Positions 63,868-64,000 of a DNA stretch of 64,000 nucleotides are shown here, one piece after another (position 1 is the stretch's first letter; each line of letters begins with the position of its first letter). Below the pieces are notes generated by a model, which worked only from the letters and a program-made list of their open reading frames with translations, had not been told where the DNA came from and ran no database searches. The stretch covers positions 133-64,132 of the forward strand of contig JAYUWL010000302.1 of assembly GCA_043753585.1 (NCBI GenBank), in the 5' to 3' direction. The position numbers were made by a program, and so were the translations under genes. The DNA comes from Burkholderiales bacterium (GTDB lineage: Bacteria > Pseudomonadota > Gammaproteobacteria > Burkholderiales > Casimicrobiaceae).

Positions 63868-64000
63868 ATGAGCATTGTTGACAATAAAAAAGCATTCTTT
63901 GATTATTTCATTGAGGATCGCTTCGAGGCTGGACTTGAGCTGGAAGGCTGGGAAGTCAAGGCCATTCGCGCCGGTCGTGCCGGGATCAAGGAGGCGTACG
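63868..64000 (+). CDS. smpB: SsrA-binding protein, 5' part (runs off window)
   Basis: [37 protein letters not shown]. Confidence 0.96.
   Translation, partial: MSIVDNKKAFFDYFIEDRFEAGLELEGWEVKAIRAGRAGIKEAY

Noticed and set aside
62384-64000. tmRNA (ssrA) near smpB
   Set aside because: No tRNA-like tmRNA ends recognised; the region is explained by an IS remnant.

Overview
GC-rich betaproteobacterial chromosome segment (lineage inferred from gene content), mostly housekeeping. It holds an IS5-family right end, the complete iscRSUA-hscBA-fdx-iscX operon, rne/rluC/HAD/sppA, serB, a truncated 3-hydroxybenzoate/gentisate cluster, degQ-proB-obgE-arnT-like-rpmE2, htpX, rsgA, orn, clsB, srkA, a phosphomannomutase, pncB, two secreted proteases and ratB/ratA/smpB. 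The most unusual signal is non-coding: a dispersed, always intergenic, 116-bp dyad-symmetric element. Its half-site consensus is YAGCTTTW-N3-TGAA-N14-KGGGCTAG-N6-WWWW-N4-GWWAGTC, mirrored about a central TC|GA. There are three full copies of identical length (7786-7901, 45058-45173, 50282-50397), three arm+centre copies and one arm cut by the IS. Spacing is invariant while filler bases have diverged. Also notable: two proteases sharing a dockerin-like C-terminal module, an inverse-autotransporter-like barrel/OmpA/Ig-repeat protein, a 142-bp MITE, GTAG-type REPs, several candidate leaderless genes and several pseudogenes. All calls come from reading the sequence by eye; no searches were run.
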